Shown here piece after piece: positions 11,063 to 25,534 of a stretch of 64,000 bases of DNA (the stretch's first letter is position 1; every line of letters starts with the position of its first letter). The stretch spans positions 146,196,001 to 146,260,000 of the forward strand of contig OZ024742.1 of NCBI GenBank assembly GCA_964016885.1, written 5' to 3'. Made by a program: the position numbers and the translations under genes. This DNA comes from Eledone cirrhosa. Lineage: Eukaryota. A model generated the notes under the pieces. The model was not told the DNA's origin. It searched no databases and saw only the letters and a program-made list of their open reading frames with translations.

Positions 11063-11237
11063 CAGTATCGGTAGAGGGTCGGACGCCATGCTTTCCAGCA
11101 TAGTTACGTCCCCTTACGATCTGAGTTCAAATCCCGCCGAGGTTGACTTTGCCTTTCATCCTTACGGGGTCGATAAAATAAAGTACCAGTAATGCACTGG
11201 GTAATTGGTGGCCTTGTGCCAAAAGTAGAAACAATTA
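11063..11237 (+). mobile_element. SINE with ATT-type tail (gcctttcatccttacggggtcgataaaataaagtaccag family)
   Basis: Near-identical copies at 46255-46428(-), 53905-54087(+) and 57318-57490(+). B-box gagttcaaatcc. Confidence 0.8.
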
Positions 11238-13289
11238 TTTAGTTATGTCTAATTCCAGTCATGATCAAATCTGTCTCTTCTCCTTCTGGAAGTATGGGGG
11301 TCTGTGAAATCAATTGCTAGGGTTGGGGGAGACAAAATCAAGTACTGAGGGTTGACAATATCAAGTAGTGGTGGGGAAGAGGGAGATTGCTGGAATAAAG
11401 TACTAGGGGGAGATGAGATCAATCAATCAAGGAGGTGTTAAAACCAAGTGTTGATGGGCAGGTCAATAATTTCAAGTACTGTGACAAGTCAATAAATAAG
11501 CACTAGTCCTAGGCAGTGGATTAGTAGAATTGTCAGACTGTTGGACAAGATGCCTTGTGCTATTTGTTCTGACTTTTTGCATTCTGAATTCAAATCCTAC
11601 TGTAGCTTACTCACTCGGGTGGTAAACAATCTGTTGTGAGGTTTAACACCACCACTTAGTCCTTGTGGGATTTTAGTGAAGTCTACTTTACTGCAAGGCT
11701 TCCAGTTTAAGAATACCTTCCTCCTTTCCACCAATCTCAGAGGCCTTGAAAAGGTCGTTTGATTAAACAGTAAAAAAAAAAAATATTTAATCAACTGTAC
11801 TCTTTCTCCATCTACCATAACAATTGTTTGTGTTTGTGTCAATGTCAGACTTATTTATTAATAAAACTCTCATGACTGAAGACCTAATCTTTAGATTTGG
11901 TTGTACCCCATTGTTTTTGGCAATGTCATCTGTTGATTCCTTTTTGGACATTCTTTCTACTTCAGTTAGGACTTTGTAACAGAGTTTTCATTTTAATGTC
12001 AGAATGGTATGAGGCCCCAGCTAATCATGACTGCAGGGTGTGCTGTGGAAGATTAGCAGTTAACCAAGCATGAAAGTCTTCTCACCATTCTGCACCACTA
12101 ATGTTGTTCAAGTGAAAAGCAAAGGCCAATACAGCTTGCCACCAGTATCATCACAACACATCTTTTCTAGTTGAGTGGACTGGAGCAATGTGAAATAAAG
12201 TATCTTGCTGAAGGAAACAATACATGGCATGGTCTGGGTATTAAACTCATGTCCTTATAATCATCAGCCCAACACTATAACCACCACCACCACCACCACC
12301 ACAATTACCCCTCCTACTACAACAACAATGATACTACCACCACAACAACGACAAAAACAATAACAAACATTTCTTAATAATTGTCTTTTAAACCATGATA
12401 TCCTTCAACGAATAGGTTTTAAGCCTTCCTGATATTCTGAACATTCTATTATTTCTCAAGACATAATATTCTTCAAGTAATTCTTGTTTGATGTTATTAT
12501 AATCTCTATGAGATACTACATTTATTCATTATAATCCTCATGTGATTCTATAATAATTCATTTATCCACATGTAATTCCCTGCTAATTCATTTATCATCT
12601 TTATGTGGTTCCCTAATAATTCATTGTAATCTCTTGGGCATTTCATATTAATTCATTATAATCCTTATATTATGCCATATTAATTCATTTATTATTCTCA
12701 TGTGGTTCTGAACTAATCCATTATTATCCTCATGTGGTTCCATATTCCTTAAGCCAATTCACAGAAACTGATATTTTTCTAATTAGATTAACTATTTCTG
12801 ACAAGCTTTTATAATTAGTTTGTTCATTTAATGTTATTTTGGAGACACAGAGTGAGTAATAGATTCAAAAGACAGTGAAAGGAGGAGTTTGAAGAGAAAA
12901 CTCACGCCTTTGATAGATAATATATATAACCAATGAAAATTGAAAGCAAAGTTGACTTCAGCAGGATTTGAACTCAAAATCTAAAGAGTTGTCAATAAAT
13001 ATTGAAAGACATTTTATCTGACATTACTGAATATGCTATCTACCACTGCAATTATAAATGAATATGTCTGACACTACCAGTTATACGATCTACAACCCTA
13101 AATCATCATTATCATTATGATTTTACCTCTGTTTTCCATGTGGCATAATTTGGATGAGCCATCATAGTTTGGACAAGACTAGTCAGTGAAGCATGTCTTG
13201 TGTGTTCTTATGTTCTACCTACCCCCTTCATTATAGATAAATGTCACCACCACTGCAATGGTAGAGGTATATATCTGCACCCTGTAAAG

Positions 13290-13545
13290 TTGTACTCATG
13301 CCATGACAAATAGCACCCAGTCCACCCTGTAAAGGGGGAGTGCTGGTGCCACAAAAAAGTTCCCAGTACACACTGTAAGGTGGTTGATATTAGGAAGAGC
13401 ATCCAGCCATAGAAAACTAAGCCAAAACTGGAACCTATGAGCAACATGTGGTCACCTAACTTGCCTAACCTCATAATGTGACAACCCATCTAACCCATGC
13501 AAGCATGGATAATAAAAATTAAATGATGATGATGATGATGATGAT
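13290..13545 (+). mobile_element. SINE 3-prime part with (GAT)n tail
   Basis: cccagtacacactgtaaggtggttgatattaggaagagcatccagcc...taacccatgcaagcatgga, then (gat)n. Confidence 0.65.
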
Positions 13546-15896
13546 ATGATTCTACCATTTCTACCATATGCCATAGTACTGATAGAGGAATAAATGTTCA
13601 AGGCTTCTGAGAATCTCTTTTAAAATTTTACAATTGCATACCAAGAGCATGGTCACCAGATTGTGCTAAATGTAGTGGATTATGCTACTCAATAGAACAA
13701 CAAGCTGCTATTTATTTTAAATTTGGTGTACTTGCTACTTTAAAATTATAATGTTTTTAAAGCTAAGAGTCTTGTAGATTGGCAGAATCAGGTAGAGCGT
13801 CAGACAATCTACTTTGTGACAGAGAGTTTCGGCCCTTTACATTCTGAGTTCACATACCATCAAGGTTAGCTTTGCCTCTCATCCTTACAGGGTTGATAAA
13901 ATAAATCAGAGGGGTCGATTTAATCGACTCCCCCCCCCCCCCCCCAAAAAAAAAAATTGCTGGTCTTGTGCTTAAAGTAGCAACAATATTAAATTATCAA
14001 CAAAGTGCATTAGAATTGACCTACAGTTAGCTGCAACAGGATTAAGGTGTTGGACTGATGAGAAGTTAGACATGAATTCAATCTTTAATTGTAGTCCAAG
14101 TTGAAATTATTAACTCAGTTAGAACAAGGCACATTATTCAACCTACCTCAGTATTCTTGGTCAGTAGCAGGTTCTTTTCTACTTTATGAGTGAATAGTTA
14201 ATAACTGAGAGACAACCAAGGTTTTCAAAAATATGCTTTAACAGTGTGCAAATGCTGTTATTTGTAAAGCTTATAAAACCAGAAAATTTGTTGGAAACAA
14301 TTTAAAGACAAAAATAGTAAAGATTGAGAAGTGTTTCACATTAATTGATGTTTATCTTTAAGAAGTGTTGGTATTCAAATATAGGTATTGATACCGTAGA
14401 AATTTTCATGGGGGCCCCTTAACCCCTAATGAAGTTGTAGAGACACTATTGTGATATACAGCAAATCTTGGGCATTTAAACCTAGTAGAGCTAACGCCTC
14501 TCCAGGTCTGAACAGAGTCAATGTCTTCCAGAGAATGAGTGATGGTGAGAAAGGGGAAGTTAGAAAGTGAAATAGAGGAAGCAAGGACCCCAGTACAGGA
14601 CTGGTGTTTTTTAATTGACCTAAAAGTTGACTTTATCTGGATTTGAACTCAGAGTCAGAACAAATACTACAAAAACAGTTTATCAAATTTTCTTAGGACT
14701 CTATCAATTCCCCCTACTAATGTTTCAATAGGCAAGTAAAAAAGAAAAATTCCAAAGCATGGACTACTTCCCTTTCATTACCCTATTTCTAATAACCAAG
14801 AATTTAGAGGGATTTTATAATGTAAGTAATCTTCTTATTATAAAGTTGTTGTTTGCAGTATAACTTAATAAAGGTTCTTATGTAAAATTATAATGGAAAG
14901 TGGTTTTTAGATAAATATAAACACTTGAAAATAAACAGCTTTGTATTATAGAACCAGCTGTAGTTTAGGAAGTTTGGTATCAAAAGAATTAATGTCCTTG
15001 TGACTCAAGCCAGAAAGGGAGATTTTATAGGAAGTTATTAAGTTCAATGGAAATGTTGCTTTTCATTTCTGATCTCAATTGTATATATTGTATTGTATTA
15101 TATTATATTATATTATATTTAAATATATTATATTATATCATATATTATATTGAACCTCCAGTAGTTCTAAGGAAAACAGTTCCAGTTGTATTATCAATGG
15201 AACCACCTATTCATGAAATTAACATGCAAGTGGTTAAGCATTCTACAGGTATGTGTACCCTTAATGTAGTTCTCAGGAAAATTCAATGTGACACATTGTG
15301 TGACAAAGCTAGCTCTTTGAATAACAAGAATGACTCATTTTTCCAGCTGAGTGAACTGGAGCAATGTGAAATAAAATGTCTTGCTGAAGGAGACAACGCA
15401 CCACTTGACCTTACATTCATGCACCAAACCACTAAGCCACATGCCTTTACATCCTTAGTTGTATATGGACTTGTAAAATAAAGAGTTAGTTCTCTACTGG
15501 CTTTAATTTCTGGTCCAGGTTCAATTCCCTGTTTATGACAATTCCCTTTTAGTTAAACCACCAAGGCAATTATTGGAAAATGCATCCATATCATACAGTC
15601 ACAGTCATCATCATCAACAGGGGTTGAGGGGAAAGAAAGAGGGGAATAGAGAGAGTTAGATAGCAATAGAGGGAGAGAGAGGTGAGAGAAAGAAAGAGTG
15701 CAATAGAGAGAGGTAGATAGTGATAGAGAGAGAGAGAGGGGAGAGAGAGTGCGATAATTAAGAGAACAGCAGTAGAACATAACAATGTGAAAGAGAGGCA
15801 TTTATGAAGTTTTTGTATGTGTGATAAAATGTTTGGTGTTATTACAGTAGATGTATTACTGTAATTTAATAGGAATAAAAGATAGGCCCAATATTA

Positions 15897-18800
15897 CACT
15901 GGTGTCACAATAAAACACTTCCAGTACACTCTGTAAAGTGGTAGTGCTGGTGTCACAATAAAACACTTCCAGTAGACTCTGTAAAGTGGTAGTACTTGTA
16001 TCACAATAAAACACTTCCAGTAGACTCTGTAAAGTGGTAGTGCTGGTGTCACAATAAAACACTTCCAGTACACTCTGTAATGTGGTAGTGCTGGTGTCAC
16101 AATAAAACACTTCCAGTAGACTCTGTAAAGTGGTAGTGCTGGTGTCACAATAAAATACTTCCAGTACACTCTGTAAAGTGGTAGTGCTGGTGTCACAATA
16201 AAACACTTCCAGTACACTCTGTAAAGTGGTAGTACTTGTATCACAATAAAACACTTCCAGTACACTCTGTAATGTGGTAGTGCTGGTGTCACAATAAAAC
16301 ACTTCCAGTACACTCTGTAAAGTGGTAGTGCTGGTGTCACAATAAAATACTTCCAGTACACTCTGTAAAGTGGTAGTACTTGTATCACAATAAAATACTT
16401 CCAGTACACTCTGTAAAGTGGTAGTGCTGGTGTCACAATAAAACACTTCCAGTACACTCTGTAAAGTGGTAGTGCTGGTGTCACAATAAAATACTTCCAG
16501 TACACTCTGTAAAGTGGTAGTGCTGGTGTCACAATAAAATACTTCCAGTACACTCTGTAAAGTGGTAGTACTTGTATCACAATAAAACACTTCCAGTACA
16601 CTCTGTAAAGTGGTAGTACTTGTATCACAATAAAATACTTCCAGTACACTCTGTAAAGTGGTAGTGCTGGTGTCACAATAAAACACTTCCAGTACACTCT
16701 GTAAAGTGGTAGTGCTGGTGTCACAATAAAACACTTTCAGTACACTCTGTAAAGTGGTAGTGCTGGTGTCACAATAAAACAGTTCCAGTACACTCTGTAA
16801 AGTAGTAGTGCTGGTGTCACAATAAAACACTTCCAGTACACTCTGTAAAGTGGTAGTGCTGGTGTCACAATAAAACACTTCCAGTACACTCTGTAATGTG
16901 GTAGTGCTGGTGTCACAATAAAACACTTCCAGTACACTCTGTAAAGTGGTAGTACTTGTATCACAATAAAATACTTCCAGTACACTCTGTAAAGTGGTAG
17001 TGCTGGTGTCACAATAAAACACTTCCAGTAGACTCTGTAAAGTGGTAGTGCTGGTGTCACAATAAAACACTTCCAGTACACTCTGTAAAGTGGTAGTGTT
17101 GGTGTCACAATAAAACACTTCCAGTACACTCTGTAATGTGGTAGTGCTGATGTCACAATAAAACACTTCCAGTACACTCTGTAAAATGGTAGAACTTGTA
17201 TCACAATAAAACACTTCCAGTAGACTCTGTAAAGTGGTAGTGCTGGTGTCACAATAAAACACTTCCAGTACACTCTGTAAAGTGGTAGTGCTGGTGTCAC
17301 AATAAAACACTTCCAGTACACTCTGTAAAGTGGTAGTACTTGTATCACAATAAAATACTTCCACTACACTATGTAAAGTGGTAGTGCTGGTGTCACAATA
17401 AAATACTTCCAGTACACTCTGTAAAGTGGTAGTACTGGTATCACAATAAAACACTTCCAGTAGACTCTGTAAAGTGGTAGTGCTGGTGTCACAATAAAAC
17501 ACTTCCAGTACACTCTGTAAAGTGGTAGTACTGGTATCACAATAAAACATTTCCAGTACACTCTGTAAAGTGGTAGTGCTGGTGTCACAATAAAACACTT
17601 CCAGTACACTCTGTAAAGTGGTAGTACTTGTATCACAATAAAACACTTCCAGTACACTCTGTAATGTGGTAGTGCTGATGTCACAATAAAACACTTCCAG
17701 TACACTCTGTAAAATGGTAGTGCTGGTGTCACAATAAAACACTTCCAGTACACTCTGTAAAGTGGTAGTGCTAGTGTCACAATAAAACACTTCCAGTACA
17801 CTCTGTAAAGTGGTAGTGCTGGTGTCACAATAAAACACTTCCAGTACACTCTGTAAAGTGGTAGTACTTGTATCACAATAAAACACTTCCACTACACTAT
17901 GTAAAGTGGTAGTGCTGGTGTCACAATAAAATACTTCCAGTACACTCTGTAAAGTGGTAGTACTGGTATCACAATAAAACACTTCCAGTAGACTCTGTAA
18001 AGTGGTAGTGCTGGTGTCACAATAAAACACTTCCAGTACACTCTGTAAAGTGGTAGTACTGGTATCACAATAAAACATTTCCAGTACACTCTGTAAAGTG
18101 GTAGTGCTGGTGTCACAATAAAACACTTCCAGTACACTCTGTAAAGTGGTAGTACTTGTATCACAATAAAACACTTCCAGTACACTCTGTAAAGTGGTAG
18201 TGCTGGTATCACAATAAAACACTTCCAGTACACTCTGTAAAGTGGTAGTGCTGGTGTCACAATAAAACACTTCCAGTAGACTCTGTAAAGTGGTAGTGCT
18301 AGTGTCACAATAAAACACTTCCAGTAGACTCTGTAATGTGGTAGTGCTGGTGTCACAATAAAACACTTCCAGTAGACTCTGTAAAGTGGTAGTGCTGGTG
18401 TCACAATAAAACACTTCCAGTAGACTCTGTAAAGTGGTAGTGCTGGTGTCACAATAAAATACTTCCAGTACACTCTGTAAAGTGGTAGTACTTGTATCAC
18501 AATAAAACACTTCCAGTACACTCTGTAAAGTGGTAGTACTTGTATCACAATAAAATACTTCCAGTACACTCTGTAAAGTGGTAGTGCTGGTGTCACAATA
18601 AAACACTTCCAGTAGACTCTGTAAAGTGGTAGTGCTGGTGTCACAATAAAACACTTCCAGTACACTCTGTAAAGTGGTAGTGCTGGTGTCACAATAAAAC
18701 ACTTCCAGTACACTCTGTAAAGTGGTAGTGCTGGTGTCACAATAAAACACTTCCAGTACACTCTGTAAAGTGGTAGTAGTGGTATCACAATAAAACACTT

Positions 18801-21270
18801 CCAGTACACTCTGTAAAGTGGTAGTACTTGTATCACAATAAAACACTTCCAGTACACTCTGTAAAGTGGTAGTACTTGTATCACAATAAAACACTTCCAG
18901 TACACTCTGTAAAGTGGTAGTGCTGGTGTCACAATAAAACACTTCCAGTAGACTCTGTAAAGTGGTAGTGCTGGTGTCACAATAAAACACTTCCAGTACA
19001 CTCTGTAAAGTGGTAGTGCTGGTGTCACAATAAAACACTTCCAGTACACTCTGTAAAGTGGTAGTACTGGTATCACAATAAAACATTTCCAGTACACTCT
19101 GTAAAGTGGTAGTGCTGGTGTCACAATAAAATACTTCCAGTACACTCTGTAAAGTGGTAGTACTTGTATCACAATAAAACACTTCCAGTACACTCTGTAA
19201 AGTGGTAGTACTTGTATCACAATAAAATACTTCCAGTACACTCTGTAAAGTGGTAGTGCTGGTGTCACAATAAAACACTTCTAGTAGACTCTGTAAAGTG
19301 GTAGTGCTGGTGTCACAATAAAACACTTCCAGTACACTCTGTAAAGTGGTAGTGCTGGTGTCACAATAAAACACTTCCAGTACACTCTGTAAAGTGGTAG
19401 TGCTGGTGTCACAATAAAACACTTCCAGTACACTCTGTAAAGTGGTAGTACTGGTATCACAATAAAACACTTCCAGTACACTCTGTAAAGTGGTAGTACT
19501 TGTATCACAATAAAACACTTCCAGTACACTCTGTAAAGTGGTAGTACTTGTATCACAATAAAACACTTCCAGTACACTCTGTAAAGTGGTAGTGCTGGTG
19601 TCACAATAAAACACTTCCAGTACACTCTGTAAAGTGGTAGTGCTGGTGTCACAATAAAACACTTCCAGTACACTCTGTAAAGTGGTAGTACTTGTATCAC
19701 AATAAAACACTTCCAGTACACTCTGTAAAATGGTAGTGCTGGTGTCACAATAAAACACTTCCAGTAGACTCTGTAAAGTGGTAGTGCTGGTGTCACAATA
19801 AAACACTTCCAGTACACTCTGTAAAGTGGTAGTACTGGTGTCACAATAAAACACTTCCAGTACACTCTGTAAAGTGGTAGTGCTGGTGTCACAATAAAAC
19901 ACTTCCAGTACACTCTGTAAAGTGGTAGTGCTGGTGTCACAATAAAACACTTCCAGTACACTCTGTAAAGTGGTAGTGCTGGTGTCACAATAAAACACTT
20001 CCAGTACACTCTGTAATGTGGTAGTGCTGATGTCACAATAAAACACTTCCAGTACACTCTGTAAAGTGGTAGTACTGGTATCACAATAAAACATTTCCAG
20101 TACACTCTGTAAAGTGGTAGTGCTGGTGTCACAATAAAATACTTCCAGTACACTCTGTAAAGTGGTAGTACTTGTATCACAATAAAACACTTCCAGTACA
20201 CTCTGTAAAGTGGTAGTACTTGTATCACAATAAAATACTTCCAGTACACTCTGTAAAGTGGTAGTGCTGGTGTCACAATAAAACACTTCTAGTAGACTCT
20301 GTAAAGTGGTAGTGCTGGTGTCACAATAAAACACTTCCAGTACACTCTGTAAAGTGGTAGTGCTGGTGTCACAATAAAACACTTCCAGTACACTCTGTAA
20401 AGTGGTAGTGCTGGTGTCACAATAAAACACTTCCAGTACACTCTGTAAAGTGGTAGTACTGGTATCACAATAAAACACTTCCAGTACACTCTGTAAAGTG
20501 GTAGTACTTGTATCACAATAAAACACTTCCAGTACACTCTGTAAAGTGGTAGTACTTGTATCACAATAAAACACTTCCAGTACACTCTGTAAAGTGGTAG
20601 TGCTGGTGTCACAATAAAACACTTCCAGTACACTCTGTAAAGTGGTAGTGCTGGTGTCACAATAAAACACTTCCAGTACACTCTGTAAAGTGGTAGTACT
20701 TGTATCACAATAAAACACTTCCAGTACACTCTGTAAAATGGTAGTGCTGGTGTCACAATAAAACACTTCCAGTAGACTCTGTAAAGTGGTAGTGCTGGTG
20801 TCACAATAAAACACTTCCAGTACACTCTGTAAAGTGGTAGTACTGGTGTCACAATAAAACACTTCCAGTACACTCTGTAAAGTGGTAGTGCTGGTGTCAC
20901 AATAAAACACTTCCAGTACACTCTGTAAAGTGGTAGTGCTGGTGTCACAATAAAATACTTCCAGTACACTCTGTAAAGTGGTAGTACTTGTATCACAATA
21001 AAACACTTCCAGTAGATTCTGTAAAGTGGTAGTGCTGGTGTCACAATAAAATGCACCTACCACACTCTGTTAAATTCTAGTGCTAATGACATAACAAAAT
21101 ACACCCAGTACACTCTGGATAGTGTTAATACTGGTACTACAATAGCATACACCCAGTACAGCCTGTAGAGTGGTAGTGCTGGTATCATGCTAAAATGCAC
21201 TTAGTTCATTCTGTAAAGCAGTTGTGCTGGAGCCACAATAAAATGCATCCACTACACTCTGTAAAGTGGT
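15897..21270. repeat. 48-bp tandem array (about 108 homogeneous copies plus about 4 degenerate) expanded from a SINE internal module
   Basis: Unit gtgctggtgtcacaataaaacacttccagtacactctgtaaagtggta. It runs directly into the SINE tail ggttggtgttaggaagggcattc...(gat)n at 21270-21455. Confidence 0.97.
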
Positions 21271-21407
21271 TGGTGTTAGGAAGGGCATTCAGTTGATAAA
21301 ACCAAGCCAAATATGGAACATATAAGCCAGAAATGGTTCTCTGATTAGTCTAGTCTCAGACTGTGGCAACCTGTCCAACTCATGCCAGTATGGAAAATAG
21401 ATGCAGA

Positions 21408-21455
<48 letters not shown>

Positions 21456-23211
21456 CCAAACACCAAAACGTAGCCTTTAATAATGAGTCTCTGTGACAAA
21501 GACATTCTCAGTATCAAAATTTAAAGAAAGATCAGATGATATAAACACTTACACAACTGATTCTATCCTGGAGATATTACAAGCTAAATTACATAAACTA
21601 TTTCTCTGGTAAACAGGAAAAGTATGTTTAAGTTGGGAAAACAGGAAAAACAAACAAATAATGAATATGTGTTGGAAAATGTTTGACAGCGTAAAGATGG
21701 AAGAATTGAATTTAAATTGAATTTACCAATATTTATTTCAGGCGTCATCTATTTAACTCTAATATCATCTGACATTTACACAAGTGATTTTATGTTATGT
21801 CTTAATCAACTGTAAACAAACTTCAATCGTTTATAAACAGCTTAGATGAAAATCATCTCAGAAAATTTTCTTCTAGTTAATATCTAGATATATATAGTGA
21901 TTCAGATATAAAATCTCAATAGTCACATTTATCTAGAAATTTCAAAATCTAATCATATTTATCTTCCATTTCCTAGAAAAGATGGCAAATTTGCAGGCAG
22001 AAAAGAAAATAAACTATTGGTAATCAATAAGTAAAGCCAAGACTAAATCATGGAATGTTGGGTTTACCATGAGAACAAAGACACATATTCGCATACACAT
22101 AGACACACAGACACAAACACACAGTCACAGACACACAGTCACAGTCAAATAAACACTCAAATACATACACACAGACACAAAAACACCCAAACACATAAAC
22201 ACACACACACAGACACATTGATATCTGATAACTATGTTAAAACAGTGAGAAAGGAGTATTAAAAATAATATGATACCAAATATGTACATAATAATCCATT
22301 TGGGTGGAGACATGTATTACACAAACTATTTGATATTGTTTGGAAGCATAAAAGAAAAAGCAAGCTTCTAGGACTGAAAAGCCAGTACCCAGTGATGTTA
22401 ATTTAATATGGAATAGAATGTTCCAAAGCAATAGATAGATATGAATTATGAAGAACAGAAGACACATCAGATACTCTCAATATTTTGTCTTATAAATCAA
22501 TACACAAACCCCCAAAATACAGAACCATACAACATTGTCTAACAGAATATTCCATTATTGATGAAAAACCCAAGAGTGAAAAAGGCACTCAAAACACACA
22601 GAATAATTAAAAGTCAAAGACAACCAAAATCCTTTAAAAAAATTATTTACCAGTGCCAAATACCCAACAGTTAAAAAGTGTGACTGCTGTAACTAGAAGA
22701 TTTGCATTAATCTTACTGAAATCCCATTGTATGAATTTATATAAGAACAAATATTTGCCATAAAGTATCACTTCACCTGTGCATCAAGATATTTGATTTA
22801 TGTTATTAAATGGAATGTTTGTAATGAAAATTACATGGGACAAACAAGACTAACCCTGAGGAAGAGAAAGATTGTTCACCATCAACAGATATGGGACCAG
22901 AATATTAAACAAATACCTGTCACGGTATTATGTTCAACAAACAAACCCCCCAAAATACCAATTCTATATTAATGTACTGACAAAATTTCAGAGCAATTTT
23001 AGATAAATAAAAAAAATATTTTTAATAAATACAAACCAAAACTAAACATTTTATAACAACTTGATACAATGAAGACATGTAGAAGGATATTTCATGTAAC
23101 GAAAACAACTGACACCAATGAAACAGAATCAAAATGTTAGACACAGTAACGGTTTTAAGACATTCAATTGCTATTCTAAGATCATGTATCTAAAGCAAGC
23201 AATCATCATCA

Positions 23212-25100
23212 TCATTTTACGTCCGCTTTTCCCTGCTTGCAAGGGTGGGACGGGTCTTATTCAGCACAACATCTCTCCATTTGTCACGGTCCTTCGTCAT
23301 CTCCACCGTCAGCTTCAGCGATCTGAGGTCTGTTCTCACCACCGCCCATGTTTTTCATGGTCTACCTCTACCACGTCTTCCTTCAACTGGCAATTCCTGG
23401 CACTTCTTCACCCATCGGTCATCCTCCATGCGCATCACATGTCCATACCACCTCAGTCTCCTCGCTCGCACACTACATTCTATCCCTCTCAGACACAGTT
23501 TCTCTCTCAACACATTCATGCTGGGTCGTTCGAGCACATTGACATTGCACATCCAACGGAGCATGCTTGCCTCATTTCTCTCCAGCCGTCGCACATCCTC
23601 TGCAGTTGCTGCCCATGTCTCACTACCATGCAGCATCGCGCTCCTCACACAGGTATCATATAATCGGCCTTTCGTACGCAGAGAGAAACCCTTCTTTGTC
23701 AGCAGAGGAAGCAGCTCCCTAAACAACCCATCCTTATTCTAGATACTATGGCCTCGGAACACCCCCTGCCATGCTAATGTAATCTCCTAGGTACCGGAAG
23801 CTATCCACCACTTCTATAACACCCGCCTGCATTTGAAAAATGTGTCTATCAATGCGACTTCTACTGTCTAATTTCCCTCTACATCTACTGCATACATATT
23901 TCTCCCTACCTGTTAGTTTGCCTGCTATCCCACTACATCTCTTGTGTACCCAAGATCTGCATTGTGTGCATTTTATAGAATTTATGCCAGTTCCTTTTTT
24001 TGCATATCGAACATGGCCATTTCTCTGATGGAACCAGAGTTTTGTCCTCTTTTCTACTCATCAACACTTTTGTCTTAGCTAGGTTCACTCTCAGTCCTCT
24101 TGCTTCCAACTGCTGTTTCTATAGCCAGAATTTATTCTCTAGCTCCTCTACTGATTCTGCTATAAGAACCAGATCGTCAGCATAGAGAAGTTCCCATGGA
24201 CAGCCAGTCTTAAACTCCTCTGTTATGGCTTGGAGGACTATAATGAACAAGAGCAGGCTGAGGACCGAACCTTGATGTACTCCTACTTGTATCTGGAATT
24301 CCTCACTAAACTCCATTCCTACCTGACTTTACTGACAGCACCTCCGTACAAAGTTTGCACTGTCCTCACAAGCCATTCCTAACACCTAGTTTCCTTAGGG
24401 ACCACCAGATGACAGATCGGGGTACCCTATCAAAGGCCTTTTCTAGGTCAACAAAGGCTAAGTATAGTGGCTTATTTTTCTCTAAGAACCTCTCTTGCAA
24501 TTGTCTCACCAAGAAGAGGGCATCTGTTGTACTCTTCCCAGGCACAAAACCAAACTGCATCTCATCTAGTTTGACCCTTTCTCTAATTAGTTGTGCTAAT
24601 ATCCATTTTGCCACTTTCATAACCTGATCCATCAGTTTTATACCCCTATAATTGCTCCTCTCCAGAGCATCCCCTTTACCTTTGTAGCAATTTATGAGAA
24701 TACTGCTGCACCAGTCTTTGGGTATGACACCACCATATATAGCCTGATTGATGATGCGTGCAACCACTTTTAGTGCCTACATCTCCTGATGCCTTCAGCA
24801 TCTCAGCAACTATCCCCCGACGGTCCAGCAGCCTTACCATTTTTCATTTCCATAGTTGCCTCTTGGACCCTATATTGGTCAATGTCAATAGCTGGTCCCT
24901 CTGTCGGATCTACTGAAGGTAATTTCTCTCTCTCCCATTCGTTCTCCACATTCATCAGTCTCTCATAATGACATTTTCAGGCCTCCTTTTTCTGATCATC
25001 GTGACACTAAGTACACTGGCATCATCCCGGACACATTTATCTCCAACAACATCCTGATATGCATTGACACACTGCCTTGCAATGATATATTGCAATGATA
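23212..25100 (-). mobile_element. Degenerate RTE-clade LINE
   Basis: YKGKGDALERSNYRGIKL, QFGFVPGKSTTDA, AFVDLEKAFDRVPR, GVHQGSVLS, LLYADDLVL, RRLRWYGHVMR, GRGRP; (GAT)n tail. Confidence 0.9.
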
Positions 25101-25423
25101 TATTCACTAATGGCTGCAGGACTCTTAGCTGCTTGGTTAAAAACAAAACAATACTTTACTAAAATCTTTATGATGTGAAACACTAAGCTGCAATGAATTT
25201 TCATCATGTTTTATCTTCATTTATAATTTTTTTTTTTCTTCTTTTATTTACTTCGCAAACCCATTGATTAACAAAATGAAATTTGTGAAGCCAATAGGGT
25301 TTTTAAAAGATTAAAAAATAAAAAAAAGACTTCTAATAATTCTTCAATTGCATTTTCAACTTAATGTTTTTTTAAAAATATTTCTACTCTTTTGAAAGGA
25401 AGGTTACTTTCCTATATATATAT

Positions 25424-25534
25424 ATACACACACATGTATATGACAAGCTTCCTTACAGTTTTGATCAACGAAAAGCAGACATAAAAACGTTGATCAAAAC
25501 TGTAAGGAAGCTTGTCATATACATGTGTGTGTAT
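25424..25534. repeat. Perfect 47-bp inverted repeat with a 17-nt loop
   Basis: 25424-25470 is the exact reverse complement of 25488-25534. Confidence 0.95.

Noticed and set aside
15897-21063. CRISPR-like regular repeat array
   Set aside because: Units are contiguous with no unique spacers, there are no cas genes, the context is eukaryotic, and the unit derives from a SINE.
21545-21580. Possible 15-nt micro-exon on the minus strand (ccag...GTAAGT)
   Set aside because: Splice-like motifs of this length occur by chance, and there is no supporting frame or homology evidence.
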